From Gemmatimonadales bacterium (GTDB taxonomy: Bacteria; Gemmatimonadota; Gemmatimonadetes; Gemmatimonadales; GWC2-71-9): 64,000 bases of DNA. The stretch is from contig JBFJCP010000019.1 in assembly GCA_041615815.1 (NCBI GenBank), positions 1 to 64,000 of the forward strand, given 5' to 3'. Below are positions 43,298 to 52,808 of the stretch, one piece after another; within the stretch, counting starts at the first letter, position 1; each line of letters starts with the position of its first letter. The notes beneath the pieces are model-generated. The model searched no databases. It worked only from the letters and a program-made list of their open reading frames with translations, and was not told where the DNA came from. The translations under genes were made by a program, and so were the position numbers.

Positions 43298-44193
43298 ATC
43301 GGGCACGACGGGAGGGCCAGACATTCGCCGGCGAGTCCTTGCTCGTTCGGTATGCCAACTTCGTCAAGCTCCCGCACACGATCTTCGCTTTGCCGTTTGC
43401 GCTCCTGGGGCTCGTGTATGCCTCCTTCGACCACACGGTAACGGCGCGGCATGGGATCCTCGTCCTCCTGGCCTTTACGGCGGCCCGGTTCGCGGCCATG
43501 GGGTTCAACCGGATCGTGGACCGGGAATACGATCGGTTGAATCCCCGCACGTGGGGTCGGGAACTGCCCACCGGTCGCCTCTCGGTATGGCAGGCCGGAT
43601 GGGCAGTGGCAGGCGCCAGCATTGTGTTCGTGACGGCGGCCGGCCTTCTCAATCCCCTGTGCCTGGCACTGAGCCCACTCGCACTGGTGTGGATTCTCGG
43701 GTACTCGTACACCAAGCGATTTACCAACTGGTCCCATCTCTGGCTCGGTGGCGCTCTGGCGGCGGCGCCAGTGGGTGGCTACCTCGCGTTGGCCGGTTCC
43801 TGGAGCACGCCGTGGTGGACCCTTCCCGCAGCGGCTACCGCGGTGCTCGCTTGGGTGGCGGGATTCGACATCCTCTATGCTCTGCAGGATGAGGCCTTTG
43901 ACCGGGAGCATGGGCTCAAGAGCGCCGTGGTGCTCCTGGGGAAGCGCGGGAGCATTGCAGTATCTAAGCTATTGCACTCCATGACTTTGGTCATGCTGAT
44001 CGTGTTCGGTGTCGGCACTTCATTCGGGGCCTTTTACTACGTCGGTGTGCTGCTGGCTGCACTGATCCTGGCGTGGGAGCACAAGCTTGTGCGCCCCGAG
44101 GACCTCTCCAGGCTCGACGCGGCGTTTTTCCGCTGGAATGGGATCATGAGCGTCGTCGTGTTCGCCTGCGCGCTGGGAGATCGGATTCTCTGA
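43294..44193 (+). CDS. UbiA family prenyltransferase (MqnP-like)
   Basis: HTIFALPF, NRIVDREYD..NPRT and YSYTKRF motifs. Confidence 0.92.
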   Translation: MNRARREGQTFAGESLLVRYANFVKLPHTIFALPFALLGLVYASFDHTVTARHGILVLLAFTAARFAAMGFNRIVDREYDRLNPRTWGRELPTGRLSVWQAGWAVAGASIVFVTAAGLLNPLCLALSPLALVWILGYSYTKRFTNWSHLWLGGALAAAPVGGYLALAGSWSTPWWTLPAAATAVLAWVAGFDILYALQDEAFDREHGLKSAVVLLGKRGSIAVSKLLHSMTLVMLIVFGVGTSFGAFYYVGVLLAALILAWEHKLVRPEDLSRLDAAFFRWNGIMSVVVFACALGDRIL

Positions 44194-44199
44194 TGGGCG

Positions 44200-44421
44200 G
44201 TGGGAGGCCGAAACCGAGGAGTCGGCGTTCGAAGGACGCCAAACGCGGCGGCCGGCGGAAGCCCGGACAGCCCAGGGATCACGGACCCGTTCGAGGGCGC
44301 ACCGGACCAGCGCCCCCCGGTCCGACTCGGCACCCGCATAAGACCCCCACGCCGAATCGGAGAGGGCGGTGAGGGCAGACTTGGTGTGCCCCGGTTGGTC
44401 GACCCACCGATGGCCGCGTGA
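44200..44421 (+). CDS. Putative small Pro/Arg-rich hypothetical protein
   Basis: 73-codon ORF filling the UbiA-UbiX gap; alternative frame 44193-44372 also open. Confidence 0.3.
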   Translation: MGGRNRGVGVRRTPNAAAGGSPDSPGITDPFEGAPDQRPPVRLGTRIRPPRRIGEGGEGRLGVPRLVDPPMAA

Positions 44422-44424
44422 CGG

Positions 44425-45015
44425 GTGATCGTGGCACCTAGCCCTTGGGTGGTCGCGATCACGGGAGCATCCGGCGCTCCGTACGCCGTTCGATTGCTCG
44501 CGGTCTTGGCTCGGCATCGGGTCCCGATATACCTCGTGGTCTCCAGTCACGGGTGGCGATTGCTCGCGCACGAAGTCGGGATTTCGTCGGAGCCGGAACT
44601 TCGGGATGCGACGGGTGGAGACTGGTCGTCGGTGACGCTGTTCGACAACAACGATCGGGGCGCGCGGCCGGCTTCCGGATCCGCCCGAAGTGCCGGGATG
44701 GTCATCTGCCCGTGCTCGATGGGTACGGTTGCGGCCATCGCACACGGCACGAGCCGGTCGTTGGTGGAGCGAGCGGCCGACGTGGCGCTGAAAGAGCGGC
44801 GGCCCCTCATTCTCGTCCCCCGCGAGACCCCCTTCTCCGTGGTGCACCTGCGCAACCTGACGGCGGTGGCCGAGGCTGGGGCCACCGTCGTACCTGCCGC
44901 TCCCGGGTTCTATCACCGGCCAGCGTCCGTCGAGGACCTCGTGGATTTCATCGTTCAGCGGGTGGTCGATCACATGAAGCTCGAGATCGACCTGGTATCG
45001 CGGTGGAGCGGCTGA
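44425..45015 (+). CDS. ubiX: Flavin prenyltransferase
   Basis: ITGASGA.Y, PCSM.T, RAADV.LKE, RETP and PGFY motifs. Confidence 0.95.
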   Translation: MIVAPSPWVVAITGASGAPYAVRLLAVLARHRVPIYLVVSSHGWRLLAHEVGISSEPELRDATGGDWSSVTLFDNNDRGARPASGSARSAGMVICPCSMGTVAAIAHGTSRSLVERAADVALKERRPLILVPRETPFSVVHLRNLTAVAEAGATVVPAAPGFYHRPASVEDLVDFIVQRVVDHMKLEIDLVSRWSG

Positions 45016-45019
45016 AGCC

Positions 45020-45526
45020 GTGCGCCTCGGGATCATCTCCGATACCCACGGCACGCTGCGTCCCGAAGTCTTCGAGGCCTTCCGCGAGGTGGACCACATC
45101 CTCCACGGGGGCGATGTCGGGAGCATCGATCTCCTGATCGAGCTCGAAGCAGTGGCGCCGGTCACGGCCGTGTTTGGAAATACGGACGGGTTTGATCTTC
45201 GAGGCCGATGCGAACGAGTGGCCCAGCTAGAGCTCGAAGGGTTCCTGGTGGTTGTGACGCATGGCGACCAGTATGGGTCTCCGACGCCTCGGATTCTCCG
45301 CGATGCGTTTCCCGAGGCGGAGATCATCGTGTACGGGCACACGCACCGGCCCAAGCTCGAGCTGTTGGACAAGACGGTCACGGTCATGAACCCGGGGGCC
45401 GCAGGTCCGGCGCGGTTTGGTATTCAGCCGTCAGTGGGGATCATGGAGCTCGAACCAGGGATCCCGCCGAGAGCGAGATTGGTGTCGTTGGGGAGCCGAG
45501 AGCCCAGAGCGCCGGGTCGGACGTAG
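45020..45526 (+). CDS. YfcE-like metallophosphoesterase
   Basis: SDTHG, GD, GNTD, HG, GHTH and NPG motifs. Confidence 0.9.
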   Translation: MRLGIISDTHGTLRPEVFEAFREVDHILHGGDVGSIDLLIELEAVAPVTAVFGNTDGFDLRGRCERVAQLELEGFLVVVTHGDQYGSPTPRILRDAFPEAEIIVYGHTHRPKLELLDKTVTVMNPGAAGPARFGIQPSVGIMELEPGIPPRARLVSLGSREPRAPGRT

Positions 45527-45544
45527 TCTCGCAGGGCGTGTCGG

Positions 45545-46519
45545 TTACGCGGTGGCCACCACCCACGTCATATAGCCCACGAAGGCCACTGCGAGCACGC
45601 CGGCGTCGCGGCGGCCCACCTGCCGTCCCCACAGCATCAGCGGAAACAGGCCCGCGCAGAACCCCAGCATGACCCAGTTGTCCACCGTTGCGGCGCGTAC
45701 GTTGACCGGTACCGGAAAGACGGTGGCGGTGATCCCGAGAATGGCCAACATGTTGAAAATGTTGGATCCCACAATATTGCTGAGCGCGATCTCCGTTTCC
45801 TTGCGGGCCGCAGCCACGAGGCTCGTGGCAAGCTCGGGCAGGCTCGTCCCCATGGCAACAACGGTCAGGCCGATCACCCGTTCCTCGATTCCCCAGGTGC
45901 GGGCCATCGTGACGGCGCCGCGAATCACGAGGTCGGCTCCGCCTATGAGCGCGAGGATCCCGAAGACGACCAGCGCGCCATTGATGGCAAACGCCTTCTG
46001 TCGGTGGTCGTACGATCCACTCGCCCGCTGAACCTCGCGCTCGAGCGCTCCCGTTTGTTCGCTGGCTCCCTCGCGGCGCGCGAGGTAAACAACGAAGGCC
46101 AGGAACACGCTGAGCGTGATGACGAAGAAAAGACCCTCGAGGTGGTCGATCAGCCGGTCGCGCCCGAACAGCAGGACCAGACAGGCGACCAGCACCATGA
46201 AGGGGTATTCGATTCTCACCGTCTGGCGCTGCACGGGGATCGGCCTGAGTAGTGCCGCGATCGCGAGAATGGCGCCAACGTTGAAAATGTTCGAGCCGAT
46301 CACGTTCGCGTAGGCGATGTCCGTGGATCGGCGGGCGGCCGCGTCGATGCTAACGGCGAGTTCGGGCATACTGGTGCCCATGGCGACGACGGTCAGTCCC
46401 ACCACGGCGGGCGAGATGCGAAACAGTAAAGCGAGGGCGGTGGCGCCCTGTACGAGGTAATGGCCACCCACGAACAGCACCGCGATCCCCACGGCGAGCT
46501 GAATGAGCGCGATTGTCAT
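45545..46519 (-). CDS. Calcium/sodium antiporter (YrbG family)
   Basis: Two alpha repeats GTS.PEL...GSNIFN. Confidence 0.93.
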   Translation of the reverse strand: MTIALIQLAVGIAVLFVGGHYLVQGATALALLFRISPAVVGLTVVAMGTSMPELAVSIDAAARRSTDIAYANVIGSNIFNVGAILAIAALLRPIPVQRQTVRIEYPFMVLVACLVLLFGRDRLIDHLEGLFFVITLSVFLAFVVYLARREGASEQTGALEREVQRASGSYDHRQKAFAINGALVVFGILALIGGADLVIRGAVTMARTWGIEERVIGLTVVAMGTSLPELATSLVAAARKETEIALSNIVGSNIFNMLAILGITATVFPVPVNVRAATVDNWVMLGFCAGLFPLMLWGRQVGRRDAGVLAVAFVGYMTWVVATA

Positions 46520-46541
46520 GGTCGCTGGGGGCGGCGGCGCT

Positions 46542-47645
46542 TCATCGGAGCGGCCCTGGTCGTTCCAACCATTCCCGCAGTGGGACCGTGCGTGCCAGTG
46601 CCGACGGATGGGTTCGGAACCAGCGGAGCAACAGGAGGGTCTCGTCGATCGCATCCACCGGGATGGGCCCTGGCTCCGGGTCGACGTCCACATGCTCTGC
46701 CACCAGCGCGCGGAAGGCCTCCACCTCAATGGGCGTCCGGGGTGCAGGCGCGGCCGCCCGAACCGTCGCCCGGCGGATCACGTACGCCCGATCGTCGCCA
46801 TGGACTCCCGGATCGAGGTACACGAAGCTGAGGGTATCGACCGCCGCATTGGCCCGGACCGTGGCGGTGAGGAGCCACTCGAGCACATCGAATTTCTGGC
46901 GCCACCATCCGGCCCGTTCGAAATCCCGACTGCGGCCCGCTGCGTCCATCTCCGTTACGACCCGGTCGAGCGGCGCGATGTCACGCGTCTCGAGAAACGC
47001 CACCGCCGTTTCCACCCGCTGGGCGTACTCCTCCTCCGAGACGAAACCGCCGCAGGGCCCCGTGCAGGTGCCTAGCTCGTAGCGTAGACATGCGGCGCGC
47101 CGCACGGGGCTGAATAGGTCCCCCTGTTCGGCGTAGACGATCGGCATCGAGAGCGCGCAGTCGCGAAGACCCAGCAAATCTTGCAGCACCCGCACCGCCT
47201 GCTTCAGGTAGGCCGAGGCGCCGAAAGGACCGTAGTGGCGCGTGTCCGGACCCGCCGTGGTCCCAACAAAGACCTTCGGTGCCGGCCCCCCGGAGACTTT
47301 GATGAACGCCGCGCGCCTACGTTTCTTCATCCGGACGTTGAACGGTGGTCGATACCGACGGATTTGTCGAAGCTCACCCAGAAGGGCGGCGAACTCCGAG
47401 GGTTGGTAATCCCAGGCGATGTCCGCGGAAGCGTGGAGTACGCGCGCGGCCTTTTCGTCGGACCGGGCGCGAAAGTACGAAAGCAGGCGGTTGCGCAGGC
47501 GTTTGGCTTTTCCGACGTAATGGATCCGCCCGCGATGGTCGAGCATGCGGTAGACGGCGGGTCGGTTTTCGGCGAGAGCTTTGACCCGCCGGTGCAACCG
47601 AGCGAGATCGCCAGAGGTGAGTTCGAGAGTCGGGGCTAACTCCAT
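46542..47645 (-). CDS. UvrC N-terminal-like (Cho-like) GIY-YIG nuclease
   Basis: VYRM...YVGKAK.LR.RL.SYF; Cys cluster C..CL.Y....C.GPC; UVR motif; no RNase H/HhH half. Confidence 0.82.
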   Translation of the reverse strand: MELAPTLELTSGDLARLHRRVKALAENRPAVYRMLDHRGRIHYVGKAKRLRNRLLSYFRARSDEKAARVLHASADIAWDYQPSEFAALLGELRQIRRYRPPFNVRMKKRRRAAFIKVSGGPAPKVFVGTTAGPDTRHYGPFGASAYLKQAVRVLQDLLGLRDCALSMPIVYAEQGDLFSPVRRAACLRYELGTCTGPCGGFVSEEEYAQRVETAVAFLETRDIAPLDRVVTEMDAAGRSRDFERAGWWRQKFDVLEWLLTATVRANAAVDTLSFVYLDPGVHGDDRAYVIRRATVRAAAPAPRTPIEVEAFRALVAEHVDVDPEPGPIPVDAIDETLLLLRWFRTHPSALARTVPLREWLERPGPLR

Positions 47646-48643
47646 CCCCTCAGCGCCCGCACATAGCGGTGCAGTTCCAGAAACTTCTCGTAGACGATGA
47701 CCTCTTTGCGCTTCTTGCCCAGCTCGCCGAAGAGCTCCCGCAGACGTCCTCGTCGCGTAACGTAGATTCGGAAGGTCTCCGCAAAATCCTCCTGGGGGTG
47801 CGCGGCCGCGTACGCGGTGACGTAATTCACATGCGTTTGTGTCACTCGGCGCCGCTGCATATCGACCCAGGTCTCGTCGCTGATGCGGTACGCCTTGTCC
47901 ACTTCACCAAACGCCCGGCGGAAATCTGGCGCCCGCGTCCAGGCCCATTGGTGATACAGGAAGCTATGCCCCAGCTCGTGACAGATGAGTCCGACGAGGG
48001 TTGACCATGGTATTTCGTCGCGCCGGCGGGCGCCAGTGACATAGGTCTGATCGATCTCCACGATCTTGGGGTAGCTGGGATCCACGCCGGACACGCCAGG
48101 TCGGAGGAGCACGCGATATCCCCAGTCGCGGATGCGCGCGACGAGAAGGAGCCGCCGCACTCGTCGCAGGGCCCTCGGGATCAGGTCGCGTCCGGTGGCG
48201 TCCTCTCCGCACCAGGGACACGTATCCATCCAGTCGTCCACGCCACGCTCGCAGTGAGGACAGGTGCCCTCGAACTGCCCGTCACCCCAATCCTGTTCCC
48301 GCCCACACCACGGACAAAACGGCATGGGATACTGCACGCCGCCGCCACAGCCCCAGTCACAGTTGGCGTCGCGCCGGAATCCCTTGGGTGCCTTGAGGGG
48401 CTCTTCGGCCGAGTAGCCCTCTTCGTAAATGTCAGCACCGCACCACGGGCAGAACGAAAACCGGTCGGACACCACCCAACCACAGGCATAGCATTCGGCC
48501 TCGGTGACGCGACCATCGTCGCGCCACACCTGGGCCCGGCTGCAGCGGGGGCAATGGGGCCAATACCGTTGGAGGGGCTCGCCGCACGTACAGCGGAGTT
48601 CTGGGCGTGGGAAGCGCGGGCGGCGGCTACGTGTCCTGCTCAT
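47636..48643 (-). CDS. Zinc-ribbon repeat + putative zinc metallopeptidase (Peptidase_Mx-like)
   Basis: Eight Cys pairs followed by HELGH...YA..HP.EDFAETF. Confidence 0.78.
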   Translation of the reverse strand: MSRTRSRRPRFPRPELRCTCGEPLQRYWPHCPRCSRAQVWRDDGRVTEAECYACGWVVSDRFSFCPWCGADIYEEGYSAEEPLKAPKGFRRDANCDWGCGGGVQYPMPFCPWCGREQDWGDGQFEGTCPHCERGVDDWMDTCPWCGEDATGRDLIPRALRRVRRLLLVARIRDWGYRVLLRPGVSGVDPSYPKIVEIDQTYVTGARRRDEIPWSTLVGLICHELGHSFLYHQWAWTRAPDFRRAFGEVDKAYRISDETWVDMQRRRVTQTHVNYVTAYAAAHPQEDFAETFRIYVTRRGRLRELFGELGKKRKEVIVYEKFLELHRYVRALRGWS

Positions 48644-49664
48644 ACCGCTCCAGTGCCTCGTCCACGATACGGTTGATGAACGCGTAATAGTCCATTCCTG
48701 CTTTCTCCGCCGCATTGGCCAGGTCGTGCCCAAAACTAATGAACGGATTAGCATTTGCCTCGATCACCCAGACTTCGTCCTCCGGTGTGAGCCGCACGTC
48801 CAGACGAGCGTAGTCGTGCAGCCAGAGGGTTCGGAACGCCGTCCGGCACGCCGTATCGATGCGTTCCATCGCCTGTTGCGAAATCGGGCGGGCAAAGACG
48901 TTGCGGATGCCCCGGCGTTCGCGATACGGAACGTCCCATTTGGCATGGCGGGTCGCGATTCGCTCCTCGGGTTTCGTGAGACTCTTGTCAAAGACCATCT
49001 CCACGATCGGGAGGACCTCGAGGTGCCAGCCGTTGCCAATCATGCCCACATAGAGCTCGCGCCCCTCGACGAACTCCTCGGCAATCGCTGGTTGCCCAAA
49101 ACGGTCGTGTACGAACCTCACTCGATCCGTGAGGGACTCCAAATCTCGGACCACGGACGCCTGCGAGATCCCCGCGGAGGCGTCCTCCTGGAGGGGCTTC
49201 ACGATGAGCGGAAACGCGAGGTCGGGGGCCTCGCTTACTTCCTCGCTGCGTCGGTACGTCACGAACCCCGGGACTCGGATTCCATGATACGCCAACAGCT
49301 TCTTGCTCATCGCCTTGTTCCGCGTAGTGAGCAGGGCGATCGGGGGCGCTCCCGTATAGCGATATCCCTCAGCTTCCAGCAGGGCGGGGAAGAAATAGTC
49401 CAACAGCGGATTGTTGTGGTATGCTTCAGCGCAATTGAAGACGAGGTCGGGACCGAAGCCGCGGAGCCGACGCAGCATGTCCTCGAAATCGTCGTGCACC
49501 CCGACCATGAGCACGTCGTGATCATACGCCAGGAGTGCCTCGGTCACCTCGTACTCGGCCTCCTCGACCTGGGCTGCCACCTGTTCCTTGAAGTCCGCGT
49601 CTTCCCAACCCACGTAGGGTGTGTCGAATACGACGGCTATCTTCACCGGCGTGTCCGCTGACAT
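48627..49664 (-). CDS. ATP-grasp ligase, D-Ala-D-Ala ligase-like paralog
   Basis: VFNCAE, YTG, VKP..EDASAGI, EEFVEGRE, ARLD.R and IEANANP motifs. Confidence 0.85.
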   Translation of the reverse strand: MSADTPVKIAVVFDTPYVGWEDADFKEQVAAQVEEAEYEVTEALLAYDHDVLMVGVHDDFEDMLRRLRGFGPDLVFNCAEAYHNNPLLDYFFPALLEAEGYRYTGAPPIALLTTRNKAMSKKLLAYHGIRVPGFVTYRRSEEVSEAPDLAFPLIVKPLQEDASAGISQASVVRDLESLTDRVRFVHDRFGQPAIAEEFVEGRELYVGMIGNGWHLEVLPIVEMVFDKSLTKPEERIATRHAKWDVPYRERRGIRNVFARPISQQAMERIDTACRTAFRTLWLHDYARLDVRLTPEDEVWVIEANANPFISFGHDLANAAEKAGMDYYAFINRIVDEALERYEQDT

Positions 49665-50479
49665 TGGGGACAAAACGTCGTCGCGCGGCCGTCGATAGCG
49701 TGGGTCGTCACCAGCGAACGTCCACACCGCAGACAGGGCATGCCGCCACGTCCATAGGCCCGTAGCACTTGCTGAAAGGTTCCCGGCCGCCCGGAGCCCG
49801 TCCGGTAGTCTCGCACCGTCGTTCCCTTGGCCACGATGGCTTCCTGGAGTACGTCGCGAACTGCCGCGTGGAGGCGGCGGAGCTCTTGGGACGACAATCG
49901 ATTGGTGGGCCGAGCTGGGTGAATCTGCGCCCGGAACAAGGCTTCGTTGGCATAGATGTTCCCCACGCCCGCCAGGCGCCGCTGATCCATGAGCACCTTC
50001 TTCACCGCCTGGCGAGTACCGTCGAGTTGTTCGGAGAAGCGGGCCGCGTCAAAGTCCTCGGCAAGGGGCTCGGGCCCGATGCGCGCAGTATAGGTCTGCC
50101 ATCCCGCATCGTCCAACAACCAGATCGTGCCGAGCCGACGCACGTCGCGGTACACGAGCCGATCGCCGGACCCGAGATTGGCCGCGAGCACGGCATACCG
50201 TCGCTCGGCCGTCGTCAAGGGTCGCCTGTAGAGCAGCAGCGATCCCGTCATTCGCGGCTGGATCACGAGCCGGTGTTTGCTGTGAAGGAGAAAGACGAGG
50301 TGCTTGGCGCGCCGCACGAGTTCGGCAATGCGATTTCCCTTGAGCGTGCGAAGGAGCCGCGCGGCACTTACCCCGCGCAGCACATCACGCTTGTACAGCT
50401 TGGGGTATCGAAGGGGACGGCCGCGGACCCGTGGAGCAAGGTCGCGAACGATGGTCTCGACTTCAGGAAGCTCCGGCAC
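49643..50479 (-). CDS. mutM: Formamidopyrimidine-DNA glycosylase
   Basis: PELPEVE, RRAK, MTG, GVGNIYA.E and C-terminal zinc finger. Confidence 0.95.
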   Translation of the reverse strand: MPELPEVETIVRDLAPRVRGRPLRYPKLYKRDVLRGVSAARLLRTLKGNRIAELVRRAKHLVFLLHSKHRLVIQPRMTGSLLLYRRPLTTAERRYAVLAANLGSGDRLVYRDVRRLGTIWLLDDAGWQTYTARIGPEPLAEDFDAARFSEQLDGTRQAVKKVLMDQRRLAGVGNIYANEALFRAQIHPARPTNRLSSQELRRLHAAVRDVLQEAIVAKGTTVRDYRTGSGRPGTFQQVLRAYGRGGMPCLRCGRSLVTTHAIDGRATTFCPQCQRTRR

Positions 50480-51737
50480 GGGCGATCTCGCGCCACCCGA
50501 TATCGCGACGGAAGACTTTTCCCTCGAAATCGATGGCTGCTGCCAGCGCTTGGCTACGACGGGCAGCCTCGGGAACGTCCTCAGCCATTCCGGTGGCACA
50601 GAGGACCCGGCCGCCGGCGGTCCGCAGCATGCCGTCGGCATCCACCACCGTGCCGGCATGAAAGACGAGGCCGTGCTCCGTAGGCGCAGGAAGCTCGATC
50701 GTGGCCCCCGTTCGAGGTGCGCGGGGGTATCCGGGCGATGCCAGGACGGTCGTGACCGCAGCTCCCACCCCAGGGGAGACCACGGCGGTGGGGCTCCAGC
50801 GCTCCCCGGACGCGATGCTCCACATATGCTCCCCGAGGGGCTCGCGGAGCACTGGGAGCACCACCTGGGCCTCGGGATCACCGAAGCGGCAGTTGAATTC
50901 TAGAACGCTGGGTGGGCCACGATCTCCGAGCATCAAGCCGGCGTATAGAACGCCTTTGTATGGTGCTCCTGTGGCAGCCAGCCTTTCGAGCACCGGCTTG
51001 AAGACCGTGGTCGCAATGCTCCCCAGGAGTGTTTCGCTTGCAACGGAAACCGGAGTGTAGGCGCCCATCCCTCCTGTGTTCGGGCCCTGGTCTCCCTCGC
51101 CGAGTCGCTTGTGATCCTGGGACGCCGGCAGAAGCATGACTTGTTCGCCGTCGGTGATCCCTAGGACGGATAGTTCTTCGCCCTCCAGACACTCTTCGAC
51201 GACCACCTCAGCGCCCGCCCGTCCGAAGCGGCCTCGGAACATGGCCCGCGCGGCGTCGGCGGCGTCACCGCGTGTATCGCAGACGATGACCCCCTTGCCG
51301 GCGGCCAATCCGGACGCCTTGACGACGAGCGACTCGTCGTGGCTGGCAATAAACGACAGGGCCTCGGCTTCATCCCGGAAGGATCGGCCGGCGGGGGTGG
51401 GAACGCCCGCTGCCACCATGACGTCTTTGGCGTAGGCCTTAGACGCCTCGATCCGGGCCGCTGCGGCGCTGGGTCCGAAGGCGCGAAGTCCGGCGTGTTC
51501 GATCTCGTCAACCAGGCCCGCCGCCAGTGGCGCCTCGGGCCCGATGACGGTGAGGTCGATGCGGTGCGCGCGGATGGCCGAGACTACCTGGCGGTGCTCG
51601 GTGGGATCCAGCGGGAGGTTCGTGCCGACGGCTGCCGTACCCGGGTTGCCGGGAGCGCAGAACACAGTCGCGGACCGTGCCAGCGCCCAGCAGAGGGCGT
51701 GTTCCCGCCCCCCGCTTCCGACAACCAGGATGTTCAC
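50463..51737 (-). CDS. purD: Phosphoribosylamine-glycine ligase
   Basis: GSGGREHA, GPEAPL, QDHKR, GPNTGGMG and RFGDPE motifs. Confidence 0.97.
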   Translation of the reverse strand: MNILVVGSGGREHALCWALARSATVFCAPGNPGTAAVGTNLPLDPTEHRQVVSAIRAHRIDLTVIGPEAPLAAGLVDEIEHAGLRAFGPSAAAARIEASKAYAKDVMVAAGVPTPAGRSFRDEAEALSFIASHDESLVVKASGLAAGKGVIVCDTRGDAADAARAMFRGRFGRAGAEVVVEECLEGEELSVLGITDGEQVMLLPASQDHKRLGEGDQGPNTGGMGAYTPVSVASETLLGSIATTVFKPVLERLAATGAPYKGVLYAGLMLGDRGPPSVLEFNCRFGDPEAQVVLPVLREPLGEHMWSIASGERWSPTAVVSPGVGAAVTTVLASPGYPRAPRTGATIELPAPTEHGLVFHAGTVVDADGMLRTAGGRVLCATGMAEDVPEAARRSQALAAAIDFEGKVFRRDIGWREIARAGAS

Positions 51738-52747
51738 TTCTTGCCGGCGTCCTTGAAGGCTTGAGTGAAGGCGCTAGCCGCGCGCTTGGCGGCATCGCCG
51801 ACCTGGTCCGCCACCTGCGACATCGTGGTCCGCGCCTCGCGCGCATAGTGTCCAGCTGCTTCGCCAATGTCATCCATCAACGGCCGCTCCTGCTCTTCGG
51901 CACCCCGACGCGTGTACTCACCCTGGAGGATGCGTGCGTAGTCGCCACCGGAAATCCACCGCTGGAGCTCACCGGCTCGGAGAGTGTGGAAGGGATGCGT
52001 GACAGCGAGGATATTCAGCACCTTATAGATCGTATCCAGCGGCCCGGCGGAGGACTCATACTCGCGCGCTTGTTCCATGAAGGCCTCGAGGTTGGTCTCA
52101 CTTGGATCACCGCCGCCGGCGAGCTTGAGGAACACACGCATGGACGCCGCCTCGTCCTGGCCGGTCAAGAGGCCGGCGCGATCGGCGGACAGCTCGCTTT
52201 TCCGATACCACTCGAGCAGTGCCAGCTTGATGGGCAGTAGGGCGATCCCGGCGAGGAACGGCAGATTGCGAAACCCGAGGGTGAGAATCAGAATCGCCAC
52301 GGTGCGATACAGCGCATGGCCGCTCATCACGTGTCCCAGCTCATGCCCGAGGAGCACCCGCATCTCGTCGTCGTCCAGCAGCTTCACAGCCCCGGAGTTG
52401 AGGACGATGAACGGTTGATCGACCCCCACCGCTCCAGCGTTGACGAATGGGGTTTGCGATACGAAGAGCTCGGGACGTTCGGACCAGTCCATGGTGGTCG
52501 TCACTTCCGTCATGAGCGTGTGCAGCTTGGGGAACTGCGACGGACCCACGCGCACGGCGTTGGCTTGAAACAGCAGACGAATCCCGCGCTCGCCGAAGAA
52601 ACTCACGATTTTTCGGACGGCCTCGTTGAACCCGGGTACGGCGCGCAGGGCCTGCAAGGCCGCACGGTCTGCCGGGTGCTCCCACGAAACGGCTGATATT
52701 TCGTGCAGAACCGTTCGGGGACGGGTGGATGGCATTTGGTCGGTCAT
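51734..52747 (-). CDS. M48 family metallopeptidase
   Basis: EHPADR, HELGH, ELSADRAG and THP motifs. Confidence 0.9.
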   Translation of the reverse strand: MTDQMPSTRPRTVLHEISAVSWEHPADRAALQALRAVPGFNEAVRKIVSFFGERGIRLLFQANAVRVGPSQFPKLHTLMTEVTTTMDWSERPELFVSQTPFVNAGAVGVDQPFIVLNSGAVKLLDDDEMRVLLGHELGHVMSGHALYRTVAILILTLGFRNLPFLAGIALLPIKLALLEWYRKSELSADRAGLLTGQDEAASMRVFLKLAGGGDPSETNLEAFMEQAREYESSAGPLDTIYKVLNILAVTHPFHTLRAGELQRWISGGDYARILQGEYTRRGAEEQERPLMDDIGEAAGHYAREARTTMSQVADQVGDAAKRAASAFTQAFKDAGKK

Positions 52748-52808
52748 AAACTCCTCCGCGAGCTGACTGCTTTATCGTACGCAGGCAGCTCAAGCTGGTT
52801 TCAGCGCA

